Assembly: GCA_965224485.1 (NCBI GenBank)
Contig: CBDCZH010000015.1
Location: 256,001-320,000 of the forward strand
Length of the DNA: 64,000 nucleotides
Source: Arcobacteraceae bacterium
Lineage (GTDB): Bacteria > Campylobacterota > Campylobacteria > Campylobacterales > Arcobacteraceae
Direction: 5' to 3'
Under the pieces are notes generated by a model that saw nothing but the letters and a program-made list of their open reading frames with translations, did no database searches and was not told the origin of the DNA. The position numbers were made by a program, and so were the translations under genes. This document shows positions 50,896-61,688 of this stretch, one piece after another (positions within the stretch are counted from its first letter, which is position 1; the number at the start of each line of letters is the position of its first letter).

Positions 50896-52008
50896 ATGAA
50901 AAAATTTTTATATATTACAGATCAAGAAGAGTATGCAGATCATAGTTTTATAGGTCCTTTATTTGAAAAATATTTAAAAGAATATTATATTGTTGATATT
51001 GTTTATTTTACAGAATTTAAATCTGACTTTGAAAAAAAAGATGAACATAGATTTATTGTTCCAAGCAGATACAAAACTACTATTTTAGACGAACTTTTAA
51101 GAAATGATATACAAATAAAAGATTATTCTTACATAGTTGTTAGAAATACAAGTGAAATATTAAAACATGTATTAAAACAAAGGAACGCTTATAATTATAA
51201 GGTTGGATATAGATTATCTTTTCCAAAACGTCTTGCTAAAATGAAAACAGATATTGCAAATAAAACAGCTGGTTTATTTGATACTTTAAGTAATAAGTTC
51301 AAAACACATAATGAAACAAAAATGATTAATGATTGTGACCTTTTTCTTCCTACCTCTGTTCGAATGTTTGAAGAGTTTTTCCAAGATGTTACTATAGAAA
51401 TGATAGCTTGTCCCCCAGCAATTGATCCAGAAATTTTACATGAAAATGTTCAACATGAAAAAGAAGAAAAAAGATTTTTTTATGCTGGAACTTTAGATAA
51501 ATTGAGAGAATTCGAAACAGTATTAGAAGCTTTTAACGAAGTTAAAAGTACTAAGTGGAAACTTACAATTTCGAGTAAAGATCCAAAATATGCACAAAAG
51601 ATGGTTGATTCTTACAACTCATTGGGTGACAAAGTAGAAATTAAAAATGCAAAAACTAAAAACGAGTTATTAGAGTTAATTTCTTTAGCAGATGTAGGGG
51701 TTGCTCTTTTACCAGATATTGCTTTATATAATACATCAACACCAGTAAAGATTTTGGATTATTATTCATCAGGGGTTCCTTCTCTTATGACAAATTCTGC
51801 AAATTCAAATAGAATTTTTACAGATGATTTTGATACTTGGTTTTGTGATTTTACAAAAGATTCTATAAAAGAAAAAATAGAATATATAATTTCTTTATCA
51901 AAAGAAGAAGTAAGTACTGTTGGAATAAATGGGCAACAAAGACTTTTAAATATAAGAAACTATAAAAGTGTTGCTTTAAAATTAGCAAAAAAACTAGAAT
52001 CTTTATAA
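50896..52008 (+). CDS. GT-B (GT4-like) glycosyltransferase, paralog 1
   Basis: FFYAGTLDKLR, ADVGV..., STPVKILDYYSSGVP; GGGAG RBS before ATG 50896. Confidence 0.8.
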   Translation: MKKFLYITDQEEYADHSFIGPLFEKYLKEYYIVDIVYFTEFKSDFEKKDEHRFIVPSRYKTTILDELLRNDIQIKDYSYIVVRNTSEILKHVLKQRNAYNYKVGYRLSFPKRLAKMKTDIANKTAGLFDTLSNKFKTHNETKMINDCDLFLPTSVRMFEEFFQDVTIEMIACPPAIDPEILHENVQHEKEEKRFFYAGTLDKLREFETVLEAFNEVKSTKWKLTISSKDPKYAQKMVDSYNSLGDKVEIKNAKTKNELLELISLADVGVALLPDIALYNTSTPVKILDYYSSGVPSLMTNSANSNRIFTDDFDTWFCDFTKDSIKEKIEYIISLSKEEVSTVGINGQQRLLNIRNYKSVALKLAKKLESL

Positions 52009-52027
52009 AAAGAAGCTTTTGCTTCTT

Positions 52028-52819
52028 TTATTTTTTATCCCAAGAAATAAGAGCCCATTGTACATAAGAAGTAGAAGGGTTATTATTTTTGATTTCTTTT
52101 TCATAATATTCTTCTAATTTTTCCTCTTCGATAGAAGATAAGTCTCCAATACTCCAAATTATAGATTTTTTAAAAGCATTAAAGTTTTCATAAGAAGAGT
52201 TTCTTCCTTCGCTTCTTACAAAATTTAAAGAAGCTCTAATCCCCATATTATATAAAATATTTAACAAATAAATATAATCTGGTTTTTTGTTTACCTTCTT
52301 ATTTATTGCTTTTAATATATTCTCACTTACAAAAGAGCCCCCTACTTTATACGAAAGTAAAACTCTAATATTTGCCTTATCATTTAGTTTTTCCAAGGCT
52401 TGTTTCATATCTTTTACTTCCATACATCTAGAAGCTAAAACTAAATCAGCCTTAGGTATGGCTTGCCAAGAATCATACCAAGAAGAGTTAATAGTATTTA
52501 TATTTGTAATATTCATCTGTTTTGCGTTTATTTGTAATAGTTCTAACATTTTACTTGAAAAGTCCAAAGCAGTGATTTGTTCAAACTTAGGGGCTAATAA
52601 TAAAGATAAGTTTCCTACCCCACAACCAACATCTAATAAAGTTTTACAATTTTTAGTATTAAGTAAAGATAATAATTCTTGGTTATATATTGACTTATGA
52701 ACACTTTTATTCATTGAAGTAGCTTTTTTATTCCAAGATTCTTTATCTTTTGCTTTAAAAGTACTGTTCTTTTTTTCATTTATATATATTTCATTAAAAT
52801 CTATATCTTCTATTATCAT
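52028..52819 (-). CDS. Class I SAM-dependent methyltransferase
   Basis: LLDVGCGVG, ALDFS, DLVLASR. Confidence 0.88.
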   Translation of the reverse strand: MIIEDIDFNEIYINEKKNSTFKAKDKESWNKKATSMNKSVHKSIYNQELLSLLNTKNCKTLLDVGCGVGNLSLLLAPKFEQITALDFSSKMLELLQINAKQMNITNINTINSSWYDSWQAIPKADLVLASRCMEVKDMKQALEKLNDKANIRVLLSYKVGGSFVSENILKAINKKVNKKPDYIYLLNILYNMGIRASLNFVRSEGRNSSYENFNAFKKSIIWSIGDLSSIEEEKLEEYYEKEIKNNNPSTSYVQWALISWDKK

Positions 52820-52989
52820 TTCTTCTCTTTTTAATTATTTGTTTACTGTATATTATATATAAAAACAAATAAATAGGTTATTTTATTCCCACTATTGTGA
52901 TTTTAAAATAAATATTTTAGTTATATTAACTAAATATTCATATTTTATGTATAATATTCTAATTAGCAAACAACCTTAAGGTGGACATT

Positions 52990-54096
52990 ATGAAAAAATT
53001 TTTGTATATTACAGATCAAGATGAATACACAGACCACAGTTTTATTGGCCCATTATTTAAAAACTATTTAAGAGAATTTTATGATGTAGATGTAGTATAC
53101 TTTTCTGATTTTAAAACAGACACACAATTTAAAGATGATAGATATGTTATTCCTTCTGCTTTTAAAGATGATGTTTTAGGAGAATTAGAAAGATATGGTG
53201 TTGATGTATCTTTATATTCTTATGTAACAATTAGAAATACTGGTGAAATTTTAAAATCAGTTCTTAAACAAAGAGATAAATATAATTTTAAAGTTGCTTA
53301 CAGATTTTCTTTTCCAAAAAGAAGAGCAAAATTAGCTTTTAGTAATAATACAAATATTTTTGATATTTTTACAGACAAGATTAAAACATATTCTGAAACT
53401 ACTATGATAAACCAATGTGACTTATTTATGCCAGCCTCAGTAAGAATGCAAGATGACTATTTCCAAGAAGTTACAAGTAAAACATTTATTATTCCTCCTG
53501 GAATTGATCCAGAAGTTTTACATCCTAATGTTCAACATAAAGGGGAGGAAAAAAGATTTTTCTTTGCAGGTGCTTTGGACAAAATCAGGGAATTTGATAC
53601 TGTTTTAGAAGCATTTTCAAAAGTGCGAAGTAATGGTTTTAAATTAATGTTAGCAACAGAAGAAGAAGATTATGCCAAAGAGTTAATAGCTAAATACCCA
53701 AGTTTAAAAATTGGAGTTAATGTTGACTTTTATGTAGCTACTAACAAACAAGAGTTATTAGAACTTATTGCAAAAGCAGATATAGGAATTTCTTTACTTC
53801 CTGATGTTTCTATATTTAATACCTCAACACCAGTTAAAGTTCTAAATTATTATTCATCTGCTATTCCTTGTATTATGAGTGATAATGCTGATACTTTAAA
53901 TATTTTTACTGATGATTTTGATGCTTGGTTTGCGAAGTTTGATGTAAACTCAATACAAGAAAAAGTTGAAGATATTTTACGTTTATCAAAAGAAGAAGTA
54001 ACAATAGTTGGAGAAAATGGTCAAAAACGATTATTAAATATAAGAAACTATAAAACAATGGCAGGAAAGATTTTTAAAGCTTTTGAAGCCTTATAA
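52990..54096 (+). CDS. GT-B (GT4-like) glycosyltransferase, paralog 2
   Basis: Colinear with 50896..52008 (MKKFLYITDQ.EY.DHSFIGPLF; STPVK; GQ.RLLNIRNYK). Confidence 0.8.
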   Translation: MKKFLYITDQDEYTDHSFIGPLFKNYLREFYDVDVVYFSDFKTDTQFKDDRYVIPSAFKDDVLGELERYGVDVSLYSYVTIRNTGEILKSVLKQRDKYNFKVAYRFSFPKRRAKLAFSNNTNIFDIFTDKIKTYSETTMINQCDLFMPASVRMQDDYFQEVTSKTFIIPPGIDPEVLHPNVQHKGEEKRFFFAGALDKIREFDTVLEAFSKVRSNGFKLMLATEEEDYAKELIAKYPSLKIGVNVDFYVATNKQELLELIAKADIGISLLPDVSIFNTSTPVKVLNYYSSAIPCIMSDNADTLNIFTDDFDAWFAKFDVNSIQEKVEDILRLSKEEVTIVGENGQKRLLNIRNYKTMAGKIFKAFEAL

Positions 54097-54132
54097 AAAA
54101 ATGCCTAAGATTTTCTTAGGCATTTTACACTT

Positions 54133-54699
54133 TTATGTTTTTAGATAAGTAAAATACTCTTCTAGCTGTTTAATAGCACAAGTAAAGTACTTTCCATCTT
54201 GTGATTTTTTAGCACTACTTAAAGCTCCTTCTATTACAGAAACTACATATATAGCTAAATCTTTAACATTATTATGTTTTATTTCCTTATTTATAATTGC
54301 GTTTTGTAAAACTTTTTGTATAGTTCCTTCAAAGGAAAAATATATTCTTTCTAAAGATAGTTTAAAATCATTATCTTGATGGGATAGTTCTTGAACTAAT
54401 GAGTTTAAACGACAGCCATAAGTAAAGTTAAAAGAGTCCAAATTATTTAAAACTTTAAACATTGAAGATATATAATTATCATTTGTTTCTAAAATTTTAC
54501 CATATTTTTTATCCATATAACCAGCTACATGTACATCAATTACAGATAATACAAGCTCTTTTTTTGATTTAAAATAATGATACATGGTACCTTTGTTTAG
54601 TTTAGCTTTCTTAAGTATCTTATCAATTGAACTTGAATAATATCCAAACTCATAAATCTCTTCAAAAGTAACTAATAAGAGCTTTTCTTTACTATTCAT
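54133..54699 (-). CDS. TetR-family regulator
   Basis: HTH ...KGTMYHYFKSKKEL; GC motif in C-domain. Confidence 0.9.
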   Translation of the reverse strand: MNSKEKLLLVTFEEIYEFGYYSSSIDKILKKAKLNKGTMYHYFKSKKELVLSVIDVHVAGYMDKKYGKILETNDNYISSMFKVLNNLDSFNFTYGCRLNSLVQELSHQDNDFKLSLERIYFSFEGTIQKVLQNAIINKEIKHNNVKDLAIYVVSVIEGALSSAKKSQDGKYFTCAIKQLEEYFTYLKT

Positions 54700-54707
54700 T
54701 CTTTTCC

Positions 54708-55340
54708 TTATTTACTTAACGCAACACTTATTCCAAGAGTAATTAAAACACCACCTACAACTCTATCAAACCATTTTCCAAAATTATTAAAAAAAACTCT
54801 AACTCTTTTTGTACTTAAGAGTAGAGATGTTCCAATAAAGAAAAACATAGTTGCAAAAATACAATAAACTCCATATAAGCTTTGAATATATAAAGGAGTG
54901 TCAATACTTATAACAACTGTAAACATTGATAAGAAGAATAGTGTTGCTTTAGGGTTTAAAGCATTGCACAAAAAACCAATTCCAAAAGACTTCATATCAC
55001 TTATCTCTTTTGTAACTTCACATGAGTCGATATCAACTTTAATACCTTTAGATTTTAAACTCTTATATCCTAGATATATCAAATACAAGGCTCCTAAGTA
55101 TTTAATAATACTAAACAAAACAATAGATTTAGAGATAATCAAACCTATTCCTAAAATAGTATATATCACATGAACTGAAATTCCTAAACCTATTCCAATA
55201 CTAGTAAAAATAGAAGCTCTTTTGCCATAATTGATACTTTGCTTTAAAATCACAGCAAAATCAGGACCAGGTGAGAGAAGTGCTATAAATAAAGCCCCTG
55301 CTAAAATCAAAAACTCATGTAAATACAAAGAATAATCCAT
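54708..55340 (-). CDS. LysE/RhtB-family exporter
   Basis: SPGPDFA, GALYLIYLG, NALNPKA. Confidence 0.92.
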   Translation of the reverse strand: MDYSLYLHEFLILAGALFIALLSPGPDFAVILKQSINYGKRASIFTSIGIGLGISVHVIYTILGIGLIISKSIVLFSIIKYLGALYLIYLGYKSLKSKGIKVDIDSCEVTKEISDMKSFGIGFLCNALNPKATLFFLSMFTVVISIDTPLYIQSLYGVYCIFATMFFFIGTSLLLSTKRVRVFFNNFGKWFDRVVGGVLITLGISVALSK

Positions 55341-55394
55341 ATGTCCCCTTAACTATAAACTAAAAAACACAAACCATCGACTATTAACTATCAA

Positions 55395-56372
55395 CTAATT
55401 ACGTCTCTGCCCTTCTTTAGGAGGACTTACTTCTTTTTGTAAATCTAAACTAAGATTATGATAAAAAAGCTCACCATAATCTGTTGTTCTATTTATAGTT
55501 TCATAGGCTTGTTTTATGCCGTTATTATATTTTAAAGCATCTTGTAGAATTTTTACTATTTTAATTGATTCTAAGAAGTTAACATGAGAAGGAGCTTCAA
55601 TAGGTGAACTATAATACCTATGCATTCTTTCAACTAAGTTTTTATTTCTTATTTCTATAAAAATAGATTCTATTGGAGATTTAAAAAATAGTATTTTTTG
55701 TTTTACATTAATTGAGATATATGTTGTTTCCATTCCATATATTTTTCTAGAATAAGAATCAAACAAAAAAAGTTTTTTATTATAGTTATTGTGAAATAGT
55801 TCATAAATTAATTCTAGTATTTTAATCTTTTCTTCTTTTGTATAGAAGTTACCAATACTTGCAAAACAAAAAGATAAAATAGATTTAATAGAATACCACT
55901 CTGTTGTATCATAATCATATTTCAACATTTGTTTTATTCTTTTTTGTTTTAACTCTTCTATATCTTTACTTGTTTTTGTTCTATATACTTTTTGTACAGC
56001 AGTATCTCTATACATTGGCCCTGGAAACTGAGCTTGTATAACAAACCTTCTACTCTCTTCTAAGTCCATTATATAACTTAACCGTCCATAATAGTCTTCA
56101 TCTATAATTCTAACTTCTTTTTGGGGTATTTGAGTTATTGATTTCATAAACTCATCATCAGTACAGGCATCTTCCCAGATATAATCAGGATATCTGAAAA
56201 GTTGACATAATTTATTTTTAATTTCTAAGCTTGGTTCTACTTCTGTAATACCATCAACCCAAGATGTAACAGTACGTCTATCTTTTTGTATTAAGGAAGA
56301 AAATTTTGAAATACTTAAATTTGATCTTTTATATATTTCTATTAATTTTTCAATACCAGTTTTAAATAACAT
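55395..56372 (-). CDS. Hypothetical protein with N-terminal XRE-like HTH, divergent from prpB
   Basis: SNLSISKFSSLIQKDRRTVTSWVDG..EPS HTH-like segment; remainder not recognised. Confidence 0.6.
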   Translation of the reverse strand: MLFKTGIEKLIEIYKRSNLSISKFSSLIQKDRRTVTSWVDGITEVEPSLEIKNKLCQLFRYPDYIWEDACTDDEFMKSITQIPQKEVRIIDEDYYGRLSYIMDLEESRRFVIQAQFPGPMYRDTAVQKVYRTKTSKDIEELKQKRIKQMLKYDYDTTEWYSIKSILSFCFASIGNFYTKEEKIKILELIYELFHNNYNKKLFLFDSYSRKIYGMETTYISINVKQKILFFKSPIESIFIEIRNKNLVERMHRYYSSPIEAPSHVNFLESIKIVKILQDALKYNNGIKQAYETINRTTDYGELFYHNLSLDLQKEVSPPKEGQRRN

Positions 56373-56765
56373 TTATATTCCTTAAAGATATTTTATTTTA
56401 TTGTACAGTAATTAAATAAAAAAACAAAATTTGTACATAATAGATCTAATAGTCTATAAACTGGGATTTTACTTACAAAAAGAATACAATTGTAAGTAAG
56501 ATATATCTATAATAATTTTTTTATTTGACTTCTCAAATAAGTTAATTATAAAAAAATTCAAGAAGAAATAAACTCTTTTTATTTATTAAAATTTTGCTTA
56601 TAAGAATTAAGTATATGAAATTATTACAATTTATGCTCAATGCTGTACAAATATCATACATAATACTTTTTATTGTAAAAAAATTGTTATTTACTTTTTA
56701 AAAACATACAATAGTTCTATCTAAATATCTTGTATACTTAAATATAAAAAAATCAAAGGATTAAT

Positions 56766-57644
56766 ATGAGCGCAGGAAAAAGATTTAGAGAAGCATTAAG
56801 TGAAGAAACTCCATTACAAATTGTAGGAGCTGTTAATGCTTATTCTGCATTACAAGCAACTAAAGTGGGATATAAAGCACTTTATCTTTCAGGTGCTGGT
56901 GTTGCAAACTCATCATATGGTTTACCAGATTTAGGAATGACTATGTTAGAAGATGTATGTATTGATATTAGAAGAATTACTTCTATTACAGATTTACCTT
57001 TATTAGTAGATGCTGATACTGGTTGGGGACATGCTTTTAATATAGTAAGAACTGTTCAAGAAATGACTAAAGCAGGAGCTGCTGGGATTCATATTGAAGA
57101 TCAAGTTGCTGCTAAGAGATGTGGACATAGACCTAATAAAGAATTAGTTTCTACACAAGAAATGTGTGATCGTATAACAGCAGCAGTATCAGGTAAAACA
57201 GATCCTGATTTTGTAATTATGGCTAGAACTGATGCACATGCGAGCGAGGGTCAACAAGCTGCAATTGATAGAGCTTTAGCTTATGTAAAAGCAGGAGCTG
57301 ATATGATTTTTGCAGAAGCAATCCATACATTAAAAGAATACAAAGAATTTACTGATGTAATTAAAGTTCCAGTATTAGCAAATATTACTGAATTTGGATC
57401 AACACCTATGTTTACAACAGAAGAGTTAGGTTCAGTTGGTATTTCAATGGTTTTATATCCTTTATCAGCATTTAGAGCAATGAATAAAGCTGCTTTAACT
57501 GTATATCAAGACTTAAGAGAAAAAGGTACCCAAGAAGGTACATTAGATATTATGCAAACAAGAATGGAACTGTACGATATGTTAGGTTATCATGAATACG
57601 AAGCTAAAATGGATAAGCTTTTTTCTGCTGGTAAAGCTAAATAA
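56766..57644 (+). CDS. prpB: 2-methylisocitrate lyase
   Basis: [21 protein letters not shown]. Confidence 0.96.
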   Translation: MSAGKRFREALSEETPLQIVGAVNAYSALQATKVGYKALYLSGAGVANSSYGLPDLGMTMLEDVCIDIRRITSITDLPLLVDADTGWGHAFNIVRTVQEMTKAGAAGIHIEDQVAAKRCGHRPNKELVSTQEMCDRITAAVSGKTDPDFVIMARTDAHASEGQQAAIDRALAYVKAGADMIFAEAIHTLKEYKEFTDVIKVPVLANITEFGSTPMFTTEELGSVGISMVLYPLSAFRAMNKAALTVYQDLREKGTQEGTLDIMQTRMELYDMLGYHEYEAKMDKLFSAGKAK

Positions 57645-57678
57645 TTTATATTAGAAAAATAAAAACTAAGGGAAAATT

Positions 57679-58827
57679 ATGAGTACTACAACTACAGGAT
57701 TTAAACCAAAAAAATCTGTTGCTCTTTCTGGAACATCTGCTGGAAACACTGCAATTTGTACAGTTGGAAAAACTGGAAATGATTTACATTATAGAGGATA
57801 TGACATCTTAGAATTTGCTGACAAAGCTGAATTTGAAGAAATTGCATATTTAATTGTTCATGAGAAGTTTCCAAATATTGAAGAATTAAAAACATATAAG
57901 AAAAAACTTAGATCTTATAGAGATATCCCTTCTGGTGTTAAAGTTGCTCTAGAGCAATTACCAAAAACTTGTCATCCTATGGATGTTATGAGAACGGCTT
58001 GTTCTGTTCTTGGTGCTTTAAATCAAGAAGATGAAGCTCATCCTAAAGATGAAGCTCAAGATATCATTGATAGATTAATTGGATCATTTGCTTCAATGTT
58101 ATTATACTGGTATCACTTTGCTTATAATAATAAAAGAATTGATGTAGTAACAAATGATGATACAGTTGGTGGTCATTTTTTACATTTATTACATGGAGAA
58201 AAACCAAAAGATTCTTGGGTTAAAGCTATGCATGTATCTTTGATTTTATATGCTGAACATGAGTTTAATGCTTCAACTTTTACTTCTAGAGTAATATCTG
58301 GAACTAATTCTGATTTATTTTCATGTATTACTGGTGCAATTGGAGCGTTAAGAGGTCCTAAACACGGTGGGGCTAATGAAGTTGCATTTAGAATTCAAGA
58401 GCGATATTCATCTGCTAATGAAGCAGAAGCTGATATCAAAGCAAGAATGGCTAAAAAAGAGATCATTATTGGTTTTGGACATCCTGTTTATACTTCAAGT
58501 GATCCAAGAAACGTTGTTATTAAAAAAGTTGCTCATGATTTATCTAAAGAAAACAATGATATGAAAATGTATGATGTAGCTGAGAGAATTGAAACAATTA
58601 TGTGGGAACAAAAGAAAATGTTTCCGAATCTTGATTGGTTCTCTGCTGTTTCTTATAATCAAATGGGAATTCCAACTGATATGTTTACTCCTATTTTTAT
58701 AATCTCAAGAGTTACTGGTTGGGGAGCACATGCAATTGAGCAAAGAGAAGATGGAAAGATTATCAGACCATCTGCTACTTATACTGGACCTGAGGGTTTA
58801 AAATTTGTTCCAATTGAGCAAAGATAA
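57679..58827 (+). CDS. prpC: 2-methylcitrate synthase
   Basis: [42 protein letters not shown]. Confidence 0.96.
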   Translation: MSTTTTGFKPKKSVALSGTSAGNTAICTVGKTGNDLHYRGYDILEFADKAEFEEIAYLIVHEKFPNIEELKTYKKKLRSYRDIPSGVKVALEQLPKTCHPMDVMRTACSVLGALNQEDEAHPKDEAQDIIDRLIGSFASMLLYWYHFAYNNKRIDVVTNDDTVGGHFLHLLHGEKPKDSWVKAMHVSLILYAEHEFNASTFTSRVISGTNSDLFSCITGAIGALRGPKHGGANEVAFRIQERYSSANEAEADIKARMAKKEIIIGFGHPVYTSSDPRNVVIKKVAHDLSKENNDMKMYDVAERIETIMWEQKKMFPNLDWFSAVSYNQMGIPTDMFTPIFIISRVTGWGAHAIEQREDGKIIRPSATYTGPEGLKFVPIEQR

Positions 58828-58839
58828 TATACTCTAAAC

Positions 58840-58860
58840 TTGCCCCTTTTTAAGGGGCAA
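58840..58860. terminator. GC-rich hairpin between prpC and acnD
   Basis: TTGCCCCTT-ttt-AAGGGGCAA. Confidence 0.6.
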
Positions 58861-58989
58861 AATTAAAATTAAAATTAACATATGAGATTTTACTAAAAGA
58901 AAAAATCTTATATTTTAGTGATTCATTTCAAAAAACAAATACTTAAGACAAATACTAGAGATAAAATAAGACTATATAAGGATCTAAAT

Positions 58990-61584
58990 ATGACAAATGA
59001 AAAATACCTTAAAGAACTAGAAGGTTTTAATACAAGCTTTTATGATGTAAAAGCTGCTGTTGAAGATATTAAAAAAGGAAGTTTTGAAAAACTTAACTAT
59101 ACTTCAAGAGTATTAGCAGAAAACTTACTTAGAAAATGTCCAAGCGAAGATTTAGAAGCTTCTTTAGTTCAATTAATTGAAAAAAGAACTGATAGAGATT
59201 TTCCTTGGTATCCAAGTAGGGTTGTAACTCATGATATTTTAGGACTTACTGCACTTGTAGATTTAGCAGGTTTAAGAGAAGCAATTGCTGCTAAAGGGGG
59301 AGATCCTAAAAAAGTTAATCCTGTTGTTCCTACACAACTTATAGTAGATCACTCACTAGCTGTTGAGTGTGGTGGATTTGAAGAAGATGCTTTTCAAAAA
59401 AATAGAGATATAGAAGATAGAAGAAATGCTGATAGATTTCATTTTATTAATTGGACAAAAGAAGCTTTTGATAATGTAGATGTTATTCCTCCTGGAAATG
59501 GAATCATGCATCAAATCAACTTAGAAAAGATGTCTCCTGTTATTCATAATGTTGATGGAATTGCAAGTCCTGATACTCTTGTAGGAACAGATTCACATAC
59601 TCCTCATGTTGATGCACTTGGTGTTTTAGCTATTGGTGTTGGTGGATTAGAAGCTGAAAATGTAATGTTAGGTAATCCTTCTTATATGAGAACTCCTGAT
59701 ATTATTGGTGTTAATATAGTAGGTAAGAGAGCTTCTGGTATTACTGCTACTGATATTGCATTATCAATGACTTCATTTTTAAGAGAAAATAATGTTATTT
59801 CTGCATATTTAGAATTTTATGGTACTGGTATGGAATACCTAAACTTAGGAGATCGTGCTACTATTGCAAATATGACTCCTGAATATGGTGCAAGTGCAGG
59901 TATGTTTAGTATTGATGAACAAACTTTAGATTATTTAACTTTAACTGGACGAGAAGCAAAACAAATTAAACTAGTTGAAGCATATGCAAAAGCAAATGGT
60001 TTATGGTCAAGTGATTTAAAAAATGCAACATATCAAAGAGTATTAACTTTTGATTTAACAGCTGTTTCAAGATCTTTAGCTGGTCCTTCTAAACCACATA
60101 AACTAGTACCAACTTCAACTCTAAAAGCTGAAGGTATTACTGATAGTTCTGTTAAAATTGGTGATACAGATATGCCAGATGGTGCAATTTTAATTGCTGC
60201 TATTACTTCATGTACAAATACCTCAAACCCTAGAAATGTAATTGCTGCTGCTTTACTTGCTAAAAAGGCAAATGAACTAGGATTAAAAAGAAAACCATGG
60301 GTTAAAACATCACTAGCACCTGGTTCTAAAATAGTTGAAGAGTATTTAAAAGATGCTAAACTTCTTCCTGAGTTAGAAAAACTAGGATTTGGAATAGTAG
60401 GTTTTGCCTGTACTACTTGTAATGGAATGAGCGGGGCTTTAGATCCTGATATTCAAAAAGAAGTTATTGATAAAGACATTTATTCAACTGCTGTTTTATC
60501 TGGAAATAGAAACTTTGATGGAAGAATTCATCCTTATGTAAAAGAAGCATTTTTAGCTTCACCTCCTTTAGTTGTAGCTTATGCTTTAGCTGGTTCTATT
60601 AGATTTGATATTGAAAAAGATAGTTTAGGAAATGACAAAAATGGAAATCCTATTACATTAAAAGATTTATGGCCAAGTGATGAAGAAATTAATGCAGTGG
60701 AAAAAGCTTCTGTTAGACCTGAAATGTTTGCTAAAATTTATGACCCTATGTTTGCTAAAAAAATTCTAGGTGATATTGAAATTTCGCCATTTTATAAATG
60801 GAATAGACAAAGTACATATATAAATAAACCACCTTATTGGGATGATGAGTTTATGGGTAAACCAGCTTTAAAAAATATGTTACCTTTAGGTGTATTTCCT
60901 GATAACATAACTACTGATCATTTATCGCCTTCAAATGCGATTTTACCTGAGAGTGCTGCTGGGCAGTATTGTTTAAAAATGGGTTTACCTATTAATGACT
61001 TGAACTCATATGCAACACATAGAGGAGATCATTATACTGCTCAAAGAGCAACATTAGCTAATCCAAAACTATACAATGAAATGGTTAAAGATGAGAACGG
61101 TGAAACTAAACAAGGCTCACTTACTACTATCATGCCAGAAGCTAAAGAAAGTAGAATGTGGGAAGCTATTGAGACATATATGCAGAGAAAACAGCCTTTA
61201 ATTATCATAGCTGGTACTAACTATGGTCAAGGATCTTCAAGAGACTGGGCTGCAAAGGGTGTTAGACTTGCAGGTGTTGAAGTTTTAATTGCCCAATCAA
61301 TTGAAAGAATTCATAGAACAAATCTTGTTGGAATGGGTGTTTTACCCTTACAATTTAAAGAAGGTGATACTAGACATACTTACAATATTGTTGGAAGCGA
61401 ATCTTATGAAGTTTCTGGTGAAATACAAGCTAGAGGTGATTTAAATGTAATCATGACAAGAGCTAATGGAGAAGTTGTAAATATTCCTGTTCTTTGTAGA
61501 TTAGATACAAGTGCTGAAGTTGAAGTTTATAATGCTGGTGGAATTTTGCAGAAATTTGCTGTTGATTTTGTGGCGGGGAAGTAG
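58990..61584 (+). CDS. acnD: Fe/S-dependent 2-methylisocitrate dehydratase AcnD
   Basis: HDILGLTALVDLAGLR, AAITSCTNTSNP, ACTTCNGMSG, YGQGSSRDWAAKG; lies between prpC and prpF. Confidence 0.95.
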   Translation: MTNEKYLKELEGFNTSFYDVKAAVEDIKKGSFEKLNYTSRVLAENLLRKCPSEDLEASLVQLIEKRTDRDFPWYPSRVVTHDILGLTALVDLAGLREAIAAKGGDPKKVNPVVPTQLIVDHSLAVECGGFEEDAFQKNRDIEDRRNADRFHFINWTKEAFDNVDVIPPGNGIMHQINLEKMSPVIHNVDGIASPDTLVGTDSHTPHVDALGVLAIGVGGLEAENVMLGNPSYMRTPDIIGVNIVGKRASGITATDIALSMTSFLRENNVISAYLEFYGTGMEYLNLGDRATIANMTPEYGASAGMFSIDEQTLDYLTLTGREAKQIKLVEAYAKANGLWSSDLKNATYQRVLTFDLTAVSRSLAGPSKPHKLVPTSTLKAEGITDSSVKIGDTDMPDGAILIAAITSCTNTSNPRNVIAAALLAKKANELGLKRKPWVKTSLAPGSKIVEEYLKDAKLLPELEKLGFGIVGFACTTCNGMSGALDPDIQKEVIDKDIYSTAVLSGNRNFDGRIHPYVKEAFLASPPLVVAYALAGSIRFDIEKDSLGNDKNGNPITLKDLWPSDEEINAVEKASVRPEMFAKIYDPMFAKKILGDIEISPFYKWNRQSTYINKPPYWDDEFMGKPALKNMLPLGVFPDNITTDHLSPSNAILPESAAGQYCLKMGLPINDLNSYATHRGDHYTAQRATLANPKLYNEMVKDENGETKQGSLTTIMPEAKESRMWEAIETYMQRKQPLIIIAGTNYGQGSSRDWAAKGVRLAGVEVLIAQSIERIHRTNLVGMGVLPLQFKEGDTRHTYNIVGSESYEVSGEIQARGDLNVIMTRANGEVVNIPVLCRLDTSAEVEVYNAGGILQKFAVDFVAGK

Positions 61585-61670
61585 TTGGTAAGTTTTTAAG
61601 TTGCTAGGTTAGTAAGTTAGTGAATTAGTTTTTAAGTTAGTAAGTTTTTTGGTTTTAGTTTTAGTAGTTT
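61584..61670 (+). repeat. Degenerate octamer repeat related to GTTGGTAA
   Basis: GTTGGTAA GTTTTTAA GTTGCTAG GTTAGTAA GTTAGTGA... immediately after the acnD stop. Confidence 0.6.
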
Positions 61671-61688
61671 ATAATTAAGGATATTTAA

